Notes: generated by a model from the sequence alone, not told the origin. Numbered from the stretch's first letter, positions 1 through 10,444 are shown. The stretch is 34,159 bases of DNA from an uncultured Methanosarcinales archaeon (GCA_963843555.1 CAWJKV010000001.1:1-34159), one strand, 5' to 3'. Program-made: numbers and translations.

Positions 1-673
1 GTGGTTCTATACAAGCTGAAAAGGTTTGATGAAGCCACGCGATACTTCGATAAAATTATCGAGATGGATCCGAATTATGCCAGGGCCTGGTACAATAAAG
101 GAGTGATACTTGGCAAGCTGGGCAATTACCCCGAAGCTATCGAATATTATGATAAGACTCTCAGTATAAATTCTGAAAGGCCGAAAGTCTGGAATAATAA
201 GGGTGCTGCTCTGGCCAATCTTGGGAGATATGATGAAGCATTGGACTGCTTCGATATAGCGATAGAGATGGATCCAGAGAACGCCGAGGCCTGGAATAAC
301 AGAGGAGCTGCTCTCGCTTCGCTCGGGCTGTACAGTGAAGCTGAGACGTGTTTTGAAAGCTGTAGAAATAGATCCAGAATACTCCGAAGCCTGGTACAAT
401 AAAGGCGAATCATTCAGGCGCCGGGATAACTATGATGACGCCATTAGGTGCTTTGAAAAGTCCATTGAGATTGATCCCCACTATGTCAAGGCGTGGAATA
501 GCATTGGTCTGGCACTGATGGCCGTGGAGAGGTTCGAAGAAGCTGATGCTGCTTTTGCCGGTGAAAGATCTTGGAAGGCTCTTCGAGAACCCTTCTCAGA
601 AGAGCTTCGAGAGCCAACTGAAGCTGGTGATGAAGCAGATACGCGGATCATCCCGTCCTACCAATCGCAATAG
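1..673 (+). CDS. TPR-repeat protein, 3' part (5' end outside window), one apparent frameshift near 355
   Basis: Repeated TPR motifs (AWYNKG..L..LG.Y.EA...YDK....P) in ORF 1..402 continue in ORF 335..673. The frame change falls at an A-run (ttttgaaagc). Confidence 0.88.
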
Positions 674-804
674 CTCCCCCCAAAACAGGATTCCATCAGC
701 ATCGTCCTCAAATGTAGCCAGAAGAAGGAGGACAGTTCGACCGGCGGATAAGGATGGTGACGAGGAGCATGGTTTTCATGATAGACAGCGGTGAGAGCTG
801 CTCT

Positions 805-1535
805 TTTCTATCTTTATCCCCGTCTCATAATCTCTTTCATCTATTCGAGCCTCGATTTCTAGCCATTTATTTGTCTTGGTCGATCCTATGATTCCCCCGC
901 CATCGGCGCAAATGAGCAAATTTTTGCAGTCCACATAATTATATTTTCCAACTAAATTCCACCACTGTCTGATGCTTTCAACAGCAAATTCTGCAGTATT
1001 ATGGCTTTTCCCGACATTAACGACCCCATTGTTTCTTTTTAGATCATAGATCCCGTAAGGAATCGCAGCACCAATCGCTTTTGAGGGAAAATCATAAACA
1101 TTTACCAGTTCTGGCTGCCCCTTTGGCCTCCAAGTCTTGCCTGAATTCTTATAATCGCCAATAAGCTCTTTCTTCTTTGCATCTACAGAAATTACAGGAT
1201 CGCCTGCATCTATAAAGGTGGCTGCTTGATTATTAATATAACGAAATTGACTATCTCTCTCAGGACCTGATTTGCCTTCTAATGTCTTTCTATTAGCTTG
1301 AAGCGAATAACCGTTCTCCTTCAATAGCCGTCTCACTGTATCGTGACTAACTTTATGACCTTTTAATTGTAGTTCCTCTGCGATAGCATAGGTTGATTTA
1401 TGAGTCCATTTAAGAAGACTCATCGGATCGCCTGATGTGCTCTCTTTCATTATATCTTCAAGGTCACTCAATAGGGTTGGCTCTCTATTTTCTGCCCTTT
1501 TTCGACCGCCACCGGGCTTGCGGAGCATTTCTGGC
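805..1535 (-). mobile_element. ISAzo13-family transposase remnant (N- and C-truncated, internal deletion)
   Basis: Motifs RKPGGGRK, GDPMSLLKWT, GYSLQANRKT.EG...ERDSQF, PVISVDAKKKELIG and LLICADGGG are typical of ISAzo13 DDE transposases. The sequence jumps from DGGG directly to IIGSTKT. Confidence 0.85.
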
Positions 1536-1537
1536 TG

Positions 1538-2038
1538 CATCAGGGTATCCGGAAAGCAGTAGATAAATCATTTCTAGGCGCTTCATGGCAGATGTGTCAT
1601 GTTCACCTGATACGGGCGGTTCTGAGAAACGTTGCCAAGAAATATCATAAGGAGATTGCAGATAAGATCAAAATGGCACTTGAAGATGAAACAGCGATGG
1701 AACAGCTAATTCAGGAGCTAGAGGATCGAGGCTACTCCAAATCTGCCGATACTGCGGAGAGTTTCAGATTCAGCTTATGGAATTACAGGGCGTTTCCAAG
1801 AGAGCACTGGCGAAGGATTAGAACTACAAACGGACTGGAGAGAATCAATAAGGAACTGAAAAGGAGAACAAGAGTAGTAGGTGCATTTCCCAGCGACCAA
1901 TCATTCATGAGGCTTGGCGTATCGTACTAATAGATATTAATGAAGAGTGGATGACAACTAGAAAGTATTTATCCATGGACATAGATTGATGTGTGGGATA
2001 ACAGGGCCGTCAAATTTACAGAAAATTCGGCAAACTAC
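1538..2038 (+). mobile_element. IS256-family transposase C-terminal remnant with probable right end
   Basis: HQGIRKAV...WQMCHVH and RTTNGLERINKELKRRTRVVGAFP are IS256/Mutator signatures. After a frameshift near 1925 the frame continues to TGA 1987-1989. tttacagaaaattcggcaaactac (2015-2038) resembles an IS256-type terminal inverted repeat. Confidence 0.85.
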
Positions 2039-2297
2039 AAAGGTGCATGACTGCCGAGTTGATCTGTCAATCGAAGACGAAGTTGTCATCCGAGATCGAG
2101 GATATTTTGGCGTGCCTGCAGAGGTGGTGATTTTCACCATAGTGCGCTGGACAACTGATGCGCCTCTGGGAGAGCTTGATAAAGAAAGGAACAGGTTGAT
2201 CAGCAAATTGAGATCGCCAGCGAAAGACCTCATGCTGTGTGCAAAAAGTATTTGGAGCGGGTGTCAATGGCAATCTCAAATTCCTCAAAAGTGGTAA
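2039..2297 (+). pseudogene. IS5-family transposase fragment
   Basis: VHD..VDLS.EDEVV.RDRGYFG and RNRLISKLRSP resemble the DDE segment of methanogen IS5 transposases. It is degraded and starts directly after the IS256 end. Confidence 0.65.
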
Positions 2298-2412
2298 ATA
2301 GGATTCTTCCATACATTCATAGTATATAGATTTATATAAAATATGCGGACACATCTTGCCAGGTTGGACTTCGTAACGGCCCGCAAACGAATGAAACCGC
2401 CGAAGGTCAGGC

Positions 2413-3330
2413 TCAGCCAATGATTCCCACAAAATCAATCTGGTGGGCTATGTAGATCAGTTCGTTGTTCTCCACCTGATTATGACGTTTGCAGATCCAG
2501 TCATTCAATCGGAGAGCGTCCAGCTCTGAGCTGTTTTGCAGAGCCTGTCCTATAATATTTATTATAAAATGCAGAAAGTAGGCCTCGTCTTGACGATAAC
2601 CATTCTGTCCTGCATAGATCACCCAATCCGATGCCCCAGCATCGAGGATCTGCATTCCAGCTTCTTTCAGGCAGGAGAAGAGATGACGACCCGAACGGCT
2701 ATCCCCGGATCGGTTACCGTTCACTAATCGTTCATCCATGGTTTTATGATAAAGATTTAGGATCAGATCATCAAGCTCTTCATCAATTGCCGGCTCTAAA
2801 ACTGTCAAACCATCAAAGTTAATTGTAAAATAAAAGAGCCCCCTCTTTTTGAGCAGCTCTGACATCAAAGGGAGTGTGGCCCGAATATCGACAAGATCCA
2901 AAAAAGCGTTGGCCATTATCAGATCAAATTTTCCCTTCTCATGAGAGGCAAAATCAAAAAAATCCTCATTTTTAAATCTGATATCGACCCGCTTATCGCT
3001 CCCTGCTAGGCACCAATTATCCGCAGAGGACTCTTCGAATCGCATGTCATGGCCGGCAGCCCAGTCTCGCATCCGCTCTTGAGCCCGAATTTTGTTCTCC
3101 TCACTGATATCGATGGCGGTATAAATTACGGAGTTGAGCAGCCTTGCATCCAGCAGGCGCTCGATCATTGTGCCGATTCCTGCTCCTACCTCCAGAATCC
3201 GTACAGGTTTATCAGGAGAGGATTTTATCGTCCCCAGCCTTTGAACCAGTGCATCCCAAACGTGGCGATTTAGGGAGCGATCATCTATACCTTTCTTGGC
3301 TTCAAGATAGTGAGTGAAGGAATATTTCAA
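2413..3330 (-). CDS. Class I SAM-dependent methyltransferase (copy A)
   Basis: 305-aa ORF with motif I RILEVGAGIG and FDLIMANAFLDL. The TTG start abuts the glycosyltransferase stop. Confidence 0.88.
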   Translation of the reverse strand: MKYSFTHYLEAKKGIDDRSLNRHVWDALVQRLGTIKSSPDKPVRILEVGAGIGTMIERLLDARLLNSVIYTAIDISEENKIRAQERMRDWAAGHDMRFEESSADNWCLAGSDKRVDIRFKNEDFFDFASHEKGKFDLIMANAFLDLVDIRATLPLMSELLKKRGLFYFTINFDGLTVLEPAIDEELDDLILNLYHKTMDERLVNGNRSGDSRSGRHLFSCLKEAGMQILDAGASDWVIYAGQNGYRQDEAYFLHFIINIIGQALQNSSELDALRLNDWICKRHNQVENNELIYIAHQIDFVGIIG

Positions 3331-4440
3331 TCAAATCAAACCCTGCAAGAAGCTTCGAATATTTTCCATAGAATTCTCCCATGTGGGTTGAGTTTGATAA
3401 CGATCCAGGGCAGCAAGGCTCATCTCCAATAATAGCTCCCGATTTTTCGCCAATCGCGTCAAATATTTCGCCAGATCGGCATAATCGCCGGGCGATACCA
3501 GAAAGCCATCCAACCCGTGCCTGATGATCTCTCCTGTCCCGCCGCAATTTGTGCCGATGGCCGGAAGACCAAAACCCATGCCCTCCAGGTAAGCTATGCC
3601 AAATCCTTCATAAAAGGAAGGAATAACCAGCAGATGGCTCGCTTTCATGCAACCGGCCAGGTCATCGTCGCTCAATATGCCTCTGAAACACACAACACCA
3701 GCCAGGCCGTCTCGCTCTATCTGCCGGCAAACCGACTTAAAGTAGGAGGGGTCCTTTTCCGTATCTCCCACCACATTGATGATGAACTGATTGTCTGGCG
3801 ATCCTTTCAGTGACTTTAGCAAAACGTGCAATCCTTTGCGCGGTATGATGTTGCCGATGAATAACAAACGCAGGGCACCCTCCAGTTGCACTCTCTTGCA
3901 GATTTCCGGCCTGCTGATCTGGGGATGCAAACGATCTCCACCGGGTTTTGCGATAAGGCAGTGATCATTTTGAGACCTGTAATCATTTGATGATAATTTA
4001 CTTGAAGATAATAGATCCGCAACAATCCTTTGAGTAGCCTGGCTGTTACAGATGAGACCATCCAGGCCGGATAGATACTGGCGCTCAACCAGACGGTAGA
4101 TCTGATTTATCCAGAAAGGATTATCCTCGCAGCATCGCAAGTGGTGGACGATGGATACAATTGGATAGCTTGATTTTTTGCGCAGTCTACGGTTGAGCAT
4201 GATCAGGGAGGGATGATTCAGTTCATCTTGAAGCAATAATTCGCAATCGAGGCCTGCCAGCTGATGGAACACTTGACCGGAGAAATTATGCAAAAGATGG
4301 TGCGCATAACTACGATCCGGCAAGGAGATGATTTCAACTTTATCCAGGTGACCTCTCAAAAACTCCACCAGCTTGCGATCATAGAGGTAGCCTCCAGATA
4401 GCCTATCCAGGCTGCCGTAGATCATCAGGCCGATGCGCAT
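3331..4440 (-). CDS. GT4-family (GT-B) glycosyltransferase (copy A)
   Basis: 369 aa with SGGYLYDR, GNIIPRKG and PSFYEGFGIAYLEGM (E-x7-E) motifs. Confidence 0.92.
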   Translation of the reverse strand: MRIGLMIYGSLDRLSGGYLYDRKLVEFLRGHLDKVEIISLPDRSYAHHLLHNFSGQVFHQLAGLDCELLLQDELNHPSLIMLNRRLRKKSSYPIVSIVHHLRCCEDNPFWINQIYRLVERQYLSGLDGLICNSQATQRIVADLLSSSKLSSNDYRSQNDHCLIAKPGGDRLHPQISRPEICKRVQLEGALRLLFIGNIIPRKGLHVLLKSLKGSPDNQFIINVVGDTEKDPSYFKSVCRQIERDGLAGVVCFRGILSDDDLAGCMKASHLLVIPSFYEGFGIAYLEGMGFGLPAIGTNCGGTGEIIRHGLDGFLVSPGDYADLAKYLTRLAKNRELLLEMSLAALDRYQTQPTWENSMENIRSFLQGLI

Positions 4441-4455
4441 TTAGCCTCTAGTGCC

Positions 4456-4845
4456 TCAATTTTTTCCTCTCTCAAGCCTGTACGAAGCCCATGCAATATT
4501 ATTTTCCCATATTTTTACAGTTAGAACCCGAACATCTTGCGTCTTTATCTTATCACAGAGCGTCCTGCAAATGATAAATGCAAACCGTTCAAGACTGGGA
4601 TTCAATCCGGCGAATTCCGCCAGATCATTTAGAGTTTTATCTCTATAATAGATTACCAGCTCTCCTAAATGAGATTCTACATCCACAATATCAACTAAAA
4701 AGCCGTACTGATTCAGATCGCATCCTTCCAGCTGCACTTCGATTTGATAATGATGGGAATGCCTTTTGTTCTCCTCTCCCCAATCTCCGCCTATCAAGTA
4801 GTGCTGAGCTACAAAATCCCTCTTTACAGCTATTGCATACGTCAT
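4456..4845 (-). CDS. 6-pyruvoyl-tetrahydropterin synthase/QueD-like T-fold protein (COG0720), non-canonical active site (copy A)
   Basis: 129 aa with FVAQH, HSHHY, GFLVDI, LND...F...NPS.E and V.IWEN motifs. It lacks the QueD CxxxHGH cysteine. Confidence 0.85.
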   Translation of the reverse strand: MTYAIAVKRDFVAQHYLIGGDWGEENKRHSHHYQIEVQLEGCDLNQYGFLVDIVDVESHLGELVIYYRDKTLNDLAEFAGLNPSLERFAFIICRTLCDKIKTQDVRVLTVKIWENNIAWASYRLERGKN

Positions 4846-4874
4846 CTCACCCTCTTCAATTTATTATCCACATC

Positions 4875-5955
4875 TCATTGGTACGTGAGCAAAATCTGGA
4901 TTGCCGACCCAGCCTCCTGATCAAGGATATTGTAGGCCTTTGCTGCTTCCCGAATTGGGAAACGATGAGTGACGAAGCGGCTTGGTTTCAATTGGCGTAT
5001 CATCTCCCAGGCAACTCCAAGACGGCGTGCTTTTGTCCAGCGACCCTGAAATTCTGAGGCGAGGGTGCTGACCTGGCTGCTAATGAGCCGGATCCTGCTG
5101 CGGTGAAACTGTCCGCCCAGGCTCAGGCTGGAACGCTGGCTTCCATACCATGATCCAATCACTATCCGACCTGCAAATCCGGTGGCTGCTAGAGCCTGAT
5201 CCAATGCGGCCGGAGATCCGGAGACCTCATAAGTAAGGTCTGCGCCGTTTGGCAAGTATTCTGACAGTCTTTCCTGAAGGTCAGCACCCTCCGGGTCGAG
5301 GCAGACCTTTGCACCAACTTCTCGGGAAACTTGTCGACGCATTGGGAATCGATCCAGTGCGATCAAGCTTGCCAGTGGAATACGAGCCAGGAGACCAGTT
5401 GTCAGCAAACCCACAATACCCTGGCCAAATACTGCCACATCCTCGCCGATCAGAGGCTTGCCATCCATTAGAAAATTGATCGCTGTTTCCATATTGGGCA
5501 GGAATACGCCATCATCCGGTTTTATGTCCTCTGGAAAGAGCATTAGTGTCTTTGGGTCGGCTATGAAATGGCTCTCGTGTGGATTGAAGGCCATGACCAA
5601 ACGGTCTTTCCACTGGGAATCTACATCTTTTCCTATATCAACAACTCTCCCTGCTGCCGAATAGCCATATTTTATAGGATATGAGAAATCTTTTCGAAAG
5701 GGAGACGATATTTTCGTCAACAGAAATATTTCCCGGAAATCCCCCCCGATAAATCAGAGATTCAGTCCCAGGACTTATGGCAGATAGCAGTGTCTCGACC
5801 AGCACCTGATTATCTCCCATTCTTGGCAATTCTTCCTCCTGCACCATAACCTGGCGTTGATTGGTGAAATAAAGAGAAACCCTATTTGAAGACGGCATGA
5901 AGTTCGCCTTTCGTTCCAATTTGCTGTCGCCAATAAAGGATTCGTTCATATCCAT
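4875..5955 (-). CDS. Zn-dependent/MDR-family dehydrogenase (copy A), frameshift near 5692
   Basis: SAISPGTE, GYSAAGRV, VFGQGIVG Rossmann motif and IGSWYG. The frameshift lies in an A-run that is one base shorter in copy B. Confidence 0.88.
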
Positions 5956-6294
5956 ATCCAAACTTCCCCTATCTCTTTCCAGCTTTGCCGGCTCTTATCT
6001 TAATCTGTTATTATTAAGTATTAAATTTATTCCAGCCATTGGATGCGCATCTTTGGGTCAATCTTTGCAGATATTAGAACATTCAAGAAATATGAAGCAA
6101 TAATTAAATAAGGTTATTTGTTTATCGCATTCAATATTCTTTAAGTTTTCCAAGGCGCGGAATTTGAAAAGGATCAGCAGCTTAGCAATGTGGAGATGAT
6201 ACGACAGTCGCTTCAACCCTCCGGGAAGAGGCGCGGCATCAGCACGGGAGAGATCATGCTGCTCAAAAAAAGAGATATTTGGAGATTGACGAAA

Positions 6295-6570
6295 TTACTG
6301 CACAGCTTCCGCATACTGGCTGCTGAACTCCTCGCACTGATCGATGATGCGGCGAGTGGCCTCTTTCAGGACAATTATGGGATCGATCCCTGAAGTTGTG
6401 ATCCGGAAGACGGGGTTATCCATGACCGGAAACTTGGTGTCGTAGGTGGCCATCAGCACCCGGTCGTCATTCAAAAGCTCAGTTCTGAGCAGGTTCAGGA
6501 TGGTATGCCCTTCGCCCACAAACTCTATGACGGCCTGGTTCTCCGTCTTCGTGATAATTTTCAGATTCAA
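6295..6570 (-). CDS. rpoL: DNA-directed RNA polymerase subunit L (Rpo11) (copy A)
   Basis: 91 aa with GEGHTILNLLR motif, directly downstream of csl4 as is common in archaea. Confidence 0.93.
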   Translation of the reverse strand: MNLKIITKTENQAVIEFVGEGHTILNLLRTELLNDDRVLMATYDTKFPVMDNPVFRITTSGIDPIIVLKEATRRIIDQCEEFSSQYAEAVQ

Positions 6571-7131
6571 CTAGACCACACCCAATCCATATGCTGAGCT
6601 TGTCTTGCGCGTCTCGGTATTGCCGCAATTGGGACAGACCAGTTTTCCGTCTTTGCGCATCAGGCCCGTAAGGCACCGACTGCAATAAGCCTTGATCACG
6701 CCCAGATCGTCATCGCCTGTGGAGAGCCTCATTTGCCTCTCATCCACGATCCTGGCCTTGAGGATATCGCGCAGAGAGAAAAGGTTGCGCAGATCCTTGA
6801 CATAGGAGTTCCTCACATTGGAGATGTGAATGGTGGCCTCCTCATCTGAGATGGGCCGATCCTCATAGCCCTTCTTAAAGGCCAGAGAGACTATGACCAG
6901 GCTGTCCTTAAGGTCAATTACCTCGCCGACTACTATATCGCCCTGACAGAGCTTGACTGGGGCGTTGGTCTTGGGTATAACACTGGCGGATCTGGTCTTG
7001 GAATCGACCTTAACCAGTCCCGCTGTAGTTGCAAAAATCATTCCTTCCCTGGCGTAGGTGCAATCTCCGGGAACGAACTCCTCGGCCGATCCCACCACAT
7101 CTCCAGGAAGCACAAAGCTGCCGTCCATCAT
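6571..7131 (-). CDS. csl4: Exosome complex RNA-binding protein Csl4 (copy A)
   Basis: FVLPGD..EEF.PG N-terminus, S1 domain, C-terminal zinc ribbon CSRC...CPNCG..E.RK. Confidence 0.93.
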   Translation of the reverse strand: MMDGSFVLPGDVVGSAEEFVPGDCTYAREGMIFATTAGLVKVDSKTRSASVIPKTNAPVKLCQGDIVVGEVIDLKDSLVIVSLAFKKGYEDRPISDEEATIHISNVRNSYVKDLRNLFSLRDILKARIVDERQMRLSTGDDDLGVIKAYCSRCLTGLMRKDGKLVCPNCGNTETRKTSSAYGLGVV

Positions 7132-7229
7132 TTATTCCTCTATAATTCCAATATATGCGCGTGTTGCTACCAGCATGATTTCTAATATCCGATTTCTAAT
7201 GTCAGCATCCAAACTACTTATATCTAAGA

Positions 7230-7820
7230 CTACTGGCATGTTATTCTATAAAGCTCAACCTCAATGATCTTGATATCCTGGCTATGAAACTCAAAACACC
7301 TCTTCATGGGAAAGGGAATGCGATAGACCTCTTGCACGACGCACGGCTTTACAAATCCACTGACAAAACCTATGCTACCCAGGTTATGCAGAGAATAGAT
7401 GGTCCTGGCGATCTTTTGGGCTTTGGAGAGAAAGGCGCGGTCGCCACTGCTTGCCTTCTGGGCTCCAAAGGGCGGATTCATGATTACAGTATCAATGCCT
7501 TTGAGGCTCACTGAGTTCACATCGGCGCGGATGAAGTCCACATCGACACCAAGCTTTTCTGCATTTCGTCTGGCCGCGGCCAGAGCCCCGGCATCGATCT
7601 CCACGCCAACGGCTTTCGCACCCAGCAGGGCAGCGCCCACTGCCAATACGCCTGTCCCGCAGCCCAGGTCGCATACTTTACCTAAATCGCCGCGCAGACC
7701 CGCCAGATATAGCATCTCCGCTGCGACAGGGGCAGGCGTTGCATACTGCTCCCTCTGAAAAGAGGGCTTAGAAAAACCCTCCAATCGCTCCAGGGCAATC
7801 TCTAGCTGCTTTTTCTTCAT
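7230..7820 (-). CDS. METTL5/COG2263-like N6-adenine RNA methyltransferase (copy A)
   Basis: EQY.TP, DLGCGTG, MNPPFG and IYSLH motifs. Confidence 0.88.
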   Translation of the reverse strand: MKKKQLEIALERLEGFSKPSFQREQYATPAPVAAEMLYLAGLRGDLGKVCDLGCGTGVLAVGAALLGAKAVGVEIDAGALAAARRNAEKLGVDVDFIRADVNSVSLKGIDTVIMNPPFGAQKASSGDRAFLSKAQKIARTIYSLHNLGSIGFVSGFVKPCVVQEVYRIPFPMKRCFEFHSQDIKIIEVELYRITCQ

Positions 7821-7846
7821 CCTTTAAGGCAGACATGCCAGACTCT

Positions 7847-10204
7847 CTATATCAAATATAGTATCGTTTCTATTGCCAGGAGCAAGACCACGATGACAGT
7901 CAGAGCCTTAAGGAGAAGTATAGCTTTCGCGCGGCTGAATGGACCTTCCTGGGCCTCAGAAGAAGCATCTTCCGGATCCGTGATCGCCTCGCGAGCAACA
8001 GTTCCCACGCCCTCAAGCTTGGCCTCTTGCGGCTCATTGTTATTGCCACGGTAGCCAAATTCTCTGGCGGGCGCTTCTATTAACTCTTCAATTAGCCCTT
8101 CATCTCTCCCAATAATCTCCATCTCCGGCTCTATTGGCGCCCGGCTCTCGCCATGCAATTGTTGATTCCTCGGAGACAGAATTACCTGGCCATAACTCCT
8201 GCAGGGCATGCTGGCACTGACAGGAACAAGCCAGCCTTCCTCGGGATTTATTATTTCCAGGACATGGACCTCTGAGGCTTCAAAGGTGCCATCGGCAAGT
8301 ATCAGGCCTCTGGCGACAGACCTCTCGGGAGAGATCTCAAGATTGGGAAGATCGGTTTCGCTAATAGGTTCCGGATTCGGCTCCACCTCCAGCTCATCTA
8401 TCTTGATTTTTTCAGCTCCTATCAATTTCCCTATTTCGGGCATCAGATTCAGGGCTTCATCCCAGGTGAATATTGCACTGCCATCATCGATTTCTTCCAG
8501 CAAATTGTCTGCCAAAACCTCTGCAATAATTAGAAGTGCATCTCTCTCCGGTCCAAAGCTGAGCTGATTATTGCGCAGATCATCCTGAATAGGCCCATTA
8601 TCTTTGCTCGCCTGCCCTTCCAGGACCCCAGCCGCCTCGATCAGCCTGCGAGAGTATCTTCCTTTTGGATCCCTTTCTGTGGCCAGGAAATGCTTTCCAG
8701 CGCTGCGGAAATCTGATGCTGCTGCATAAAGCTTCTCTGCAGGATCCGTTCTAGATCTTTCTGCCTCAATGCTTGCACAGAAATTGCCCAGACCGGTGCG
8801 AAGGCAGCTGTTGATATCACCGGATGAGCACTCTTCAGCGCCATTCAATAGCAGCTCGCTGGCATTGGCGACGGCCTTGATCAGTCTCCAGGGCTCGCTT
8901 CCCAAGAGCTTTATGGATCTCGCCTCTTTCATGCCGGCAATGGTCCTCTGCAGACCCTGGATCTTGGTCTTCTTTGAATCAGTTGCATTTGCGGCTGCGG
9001 TTTCCAGAGATGCCATAGCCCTCTCAGCCATCGCTACCGCTTCCTCGTCAGATACATCTCCGGAGAGCCTGGCCAGATAGGATCGGCTCCTGGCGATCCC
9101 CGCGGCCACTTTGATCCCTGGCTGAGCATGGGGAAGGATTGATGCCAGCTCCAGGAAACGGTCACTGGATCGGGCAAAAAATCTTGAGGCCTCCAACCGC
9201 TGCGATTGGCTCGATCCGCGGCCCAGTTCTTCAATAGCCTCTGCCTCATTCAGGCAATTTCTTGCCAGAGTGCCGTAGGTCGCGGCCAGGCAGGAGAGAG
9301 CATTCGGATAATTGGGCTGCATATTGCGCCGGATAAGAAGTATGGCCTTTTCCAGGGATTCGCGAGCCGCAGTTGCTTCACCCATCTCCAGATACATGCG
9401 TCCCAGGTTGGAGAGAACAATTCCCTGGCCCTGGCTTTGGCCTTGCTGCTCGAATAGGGAGAGACTCTGATTAAAGTAGCTTTGAGCTTTTTCCCAGTCC
9501 ATCGTCTCGCCGGCGATCCTTCCCATCCTGTCCAGGACCCAGGCTGCGCTCCTCTTATCCCCCAGCCTCTGAAAGTCGGTGAGGCTTCTCTCGAAATATC
9601 GCGCGGCCAGCTCTCTCTCGCCCATATCCGCATAGATCCTGCCCAGGCTTCCCGTCATCTGGGCGATGCCGAGATCGTCGCTCTTCTCCTCAAAGGTCTT
9701 CAGGCTGCGGTAGCAGTGCTCTATAGCTCTTTCCCAGTCTCCGTTGCGCCGGTAGGCTGAGCCCAAATTTCCCAGTACATGGGCAAGGCCTGTGCTGTCC
9801 CCCGCCTTGGCAAAACTGCTGGCAGATTTCTGGTAGTAGAAGGCGGCTCTGGCCAGATCTCCCTGACGGGCATAGGCCTGTCCCAGATTGTTTTGCAGTA
9901 CCGGCCGGAGGATTTGGTCGCGGCATATAGACAGCGCCCTGTTGTAGCTACTTATGGCGAGGCTGTGCATGCCAGCCCTGCGACAGATGTCACCCAGTCG
10001 CTTGATCTCGTAGACATCCTGGAGGCTGCCCGAAAGCTTGCGGCAGATGTCTTCGTCGATCCTCGCCTTCTTGGAGCCTTCCAGCAATTTACCGATCAGT
10101 TCGGGACAGCATCCTTCGATGGCCTTGCTGTCGATTTCCTGTAGACCATCCCCTCCTTTGGAAAACGATGCATAGATCTCCTGGAGAACGACTAATTGAT
10201 CCAT
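7847..10204 (-). CDS. Large TPR-repeat protein with acidic linker and C-terminal hydrophobic helix (copy A)
   Basis: 785 aa. NNLG/GNLG/GSLG/SNLG repeats recur at ~40-aa spacing, followed by a Glu/Pro-rich region and the tail ILLLKALTVIVVLLLAIETILYLI. Confidence 0.88.
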   Translation of the reverse strand: MDQLVVLQEIYASFSKGGDGLQEIDSKAIEGCCPELIGKLLEGSKKARIDEDICRKLSGSLQDVYEIKRLGDICRRAGMHSLAISSYNRALSICRDQILRPVLQNNLGQAYARQGDLARAAFYYQKSASSFAKAGDSTGLAHVLGNLGSAYRRNGDWERAIEHCYRSLKTFEEKSDDLGIAQMTGSLGRIYADMGERELAARYFERSLTDFQRLGDKRSAAWVLDRMGRIAGETMDWEKAQSYFNQSLSLFEQQGQSQGQGIVLSNLGRMYLEMGEATAARESLEKAILLIRRNMQPNYPNALSCLAATYGTLARNCLNEAEAIEELGRGSSQSQRLEASRFFARSSDRFLELASILPHAQPGIKVAAGIARSRSYLARLSGDVSDEEAVAMAERAMASLETAAANATDSKKTKIQGLQRTIAGMKEARSIKLLGSEPWRLIKAVANASELLLNGAEECSSGDINSCLRTGLGNFCASIEAERSRTDPAEKLYAAASDFRSAGKHFLATERDPKGRYSRRLIEAAGVLEGQASKDNGPIQDDLRNNQLSFGPERDALLIIAEVLADNLLEEIDDGSAIFTWDEALNLMPEIGKLIGAEKIKIDELEVEPNPEPISETDLPNLEISPERSVARGLILADGTFEASEVHVLEIINPEEGWLVPVSASMPCRSYGQVILSPRNQQLHGESRAPIEPEMEIIGRDEGLIEELIEAPAREFGYRGNNNEPQEAKLEGVGTVAREAITDPEDASSEAQEGPFSRAKAILLLKALTVIVVLLLAIETILYLI

Positions 10205-10208
10205 AGAT

Positions 10209-10240
10209 TATAAGATAACTTATATCTTTATATAGTTTTT
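10209..10240 (-). promoter_or_regulatory. Putative BRE/TATA promoter plus palindromic site for TPR gene (copy A)
   Basis: On the minus strand AAAAAC-TATATAAA lies ~22 nt upstream of the ATG, followed by TATAAG-N4-CTTATA. The segment is identical in copy B. Confidence 0.6.
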
Positions 10241-10444
10241 GAATAGGTCAAATTTTGTGATTTCTATTGTCAGATTTGCTATTACCGTTTAGCCTTAGAA
10301 AATCGGCCTTATATGAAATTATACGGTCAAAATCTAAGAAGAAAATTGAGATAGTAATAATAGTCTGACCTCGTTAGGATCGACCCCATTCAGTCCCAGT
10401 GTAATCTGGTCCAAAACAGAGGCATAATCATCCTAAATCCTCTT

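Noticed and set aside
2355..2412. attC-like or structured RNA element downstream of the methyltransferase
   Set aside because: Complementarity is weak, it occurs once, and there is no integrase.
7132..7229. Small RNA in the csl4 upstream spacer (repeated attagaaat on the minus strand)
   Set aside because: Only a 9-nt duplication, with no convincing C/D boxes or tRNA fold.
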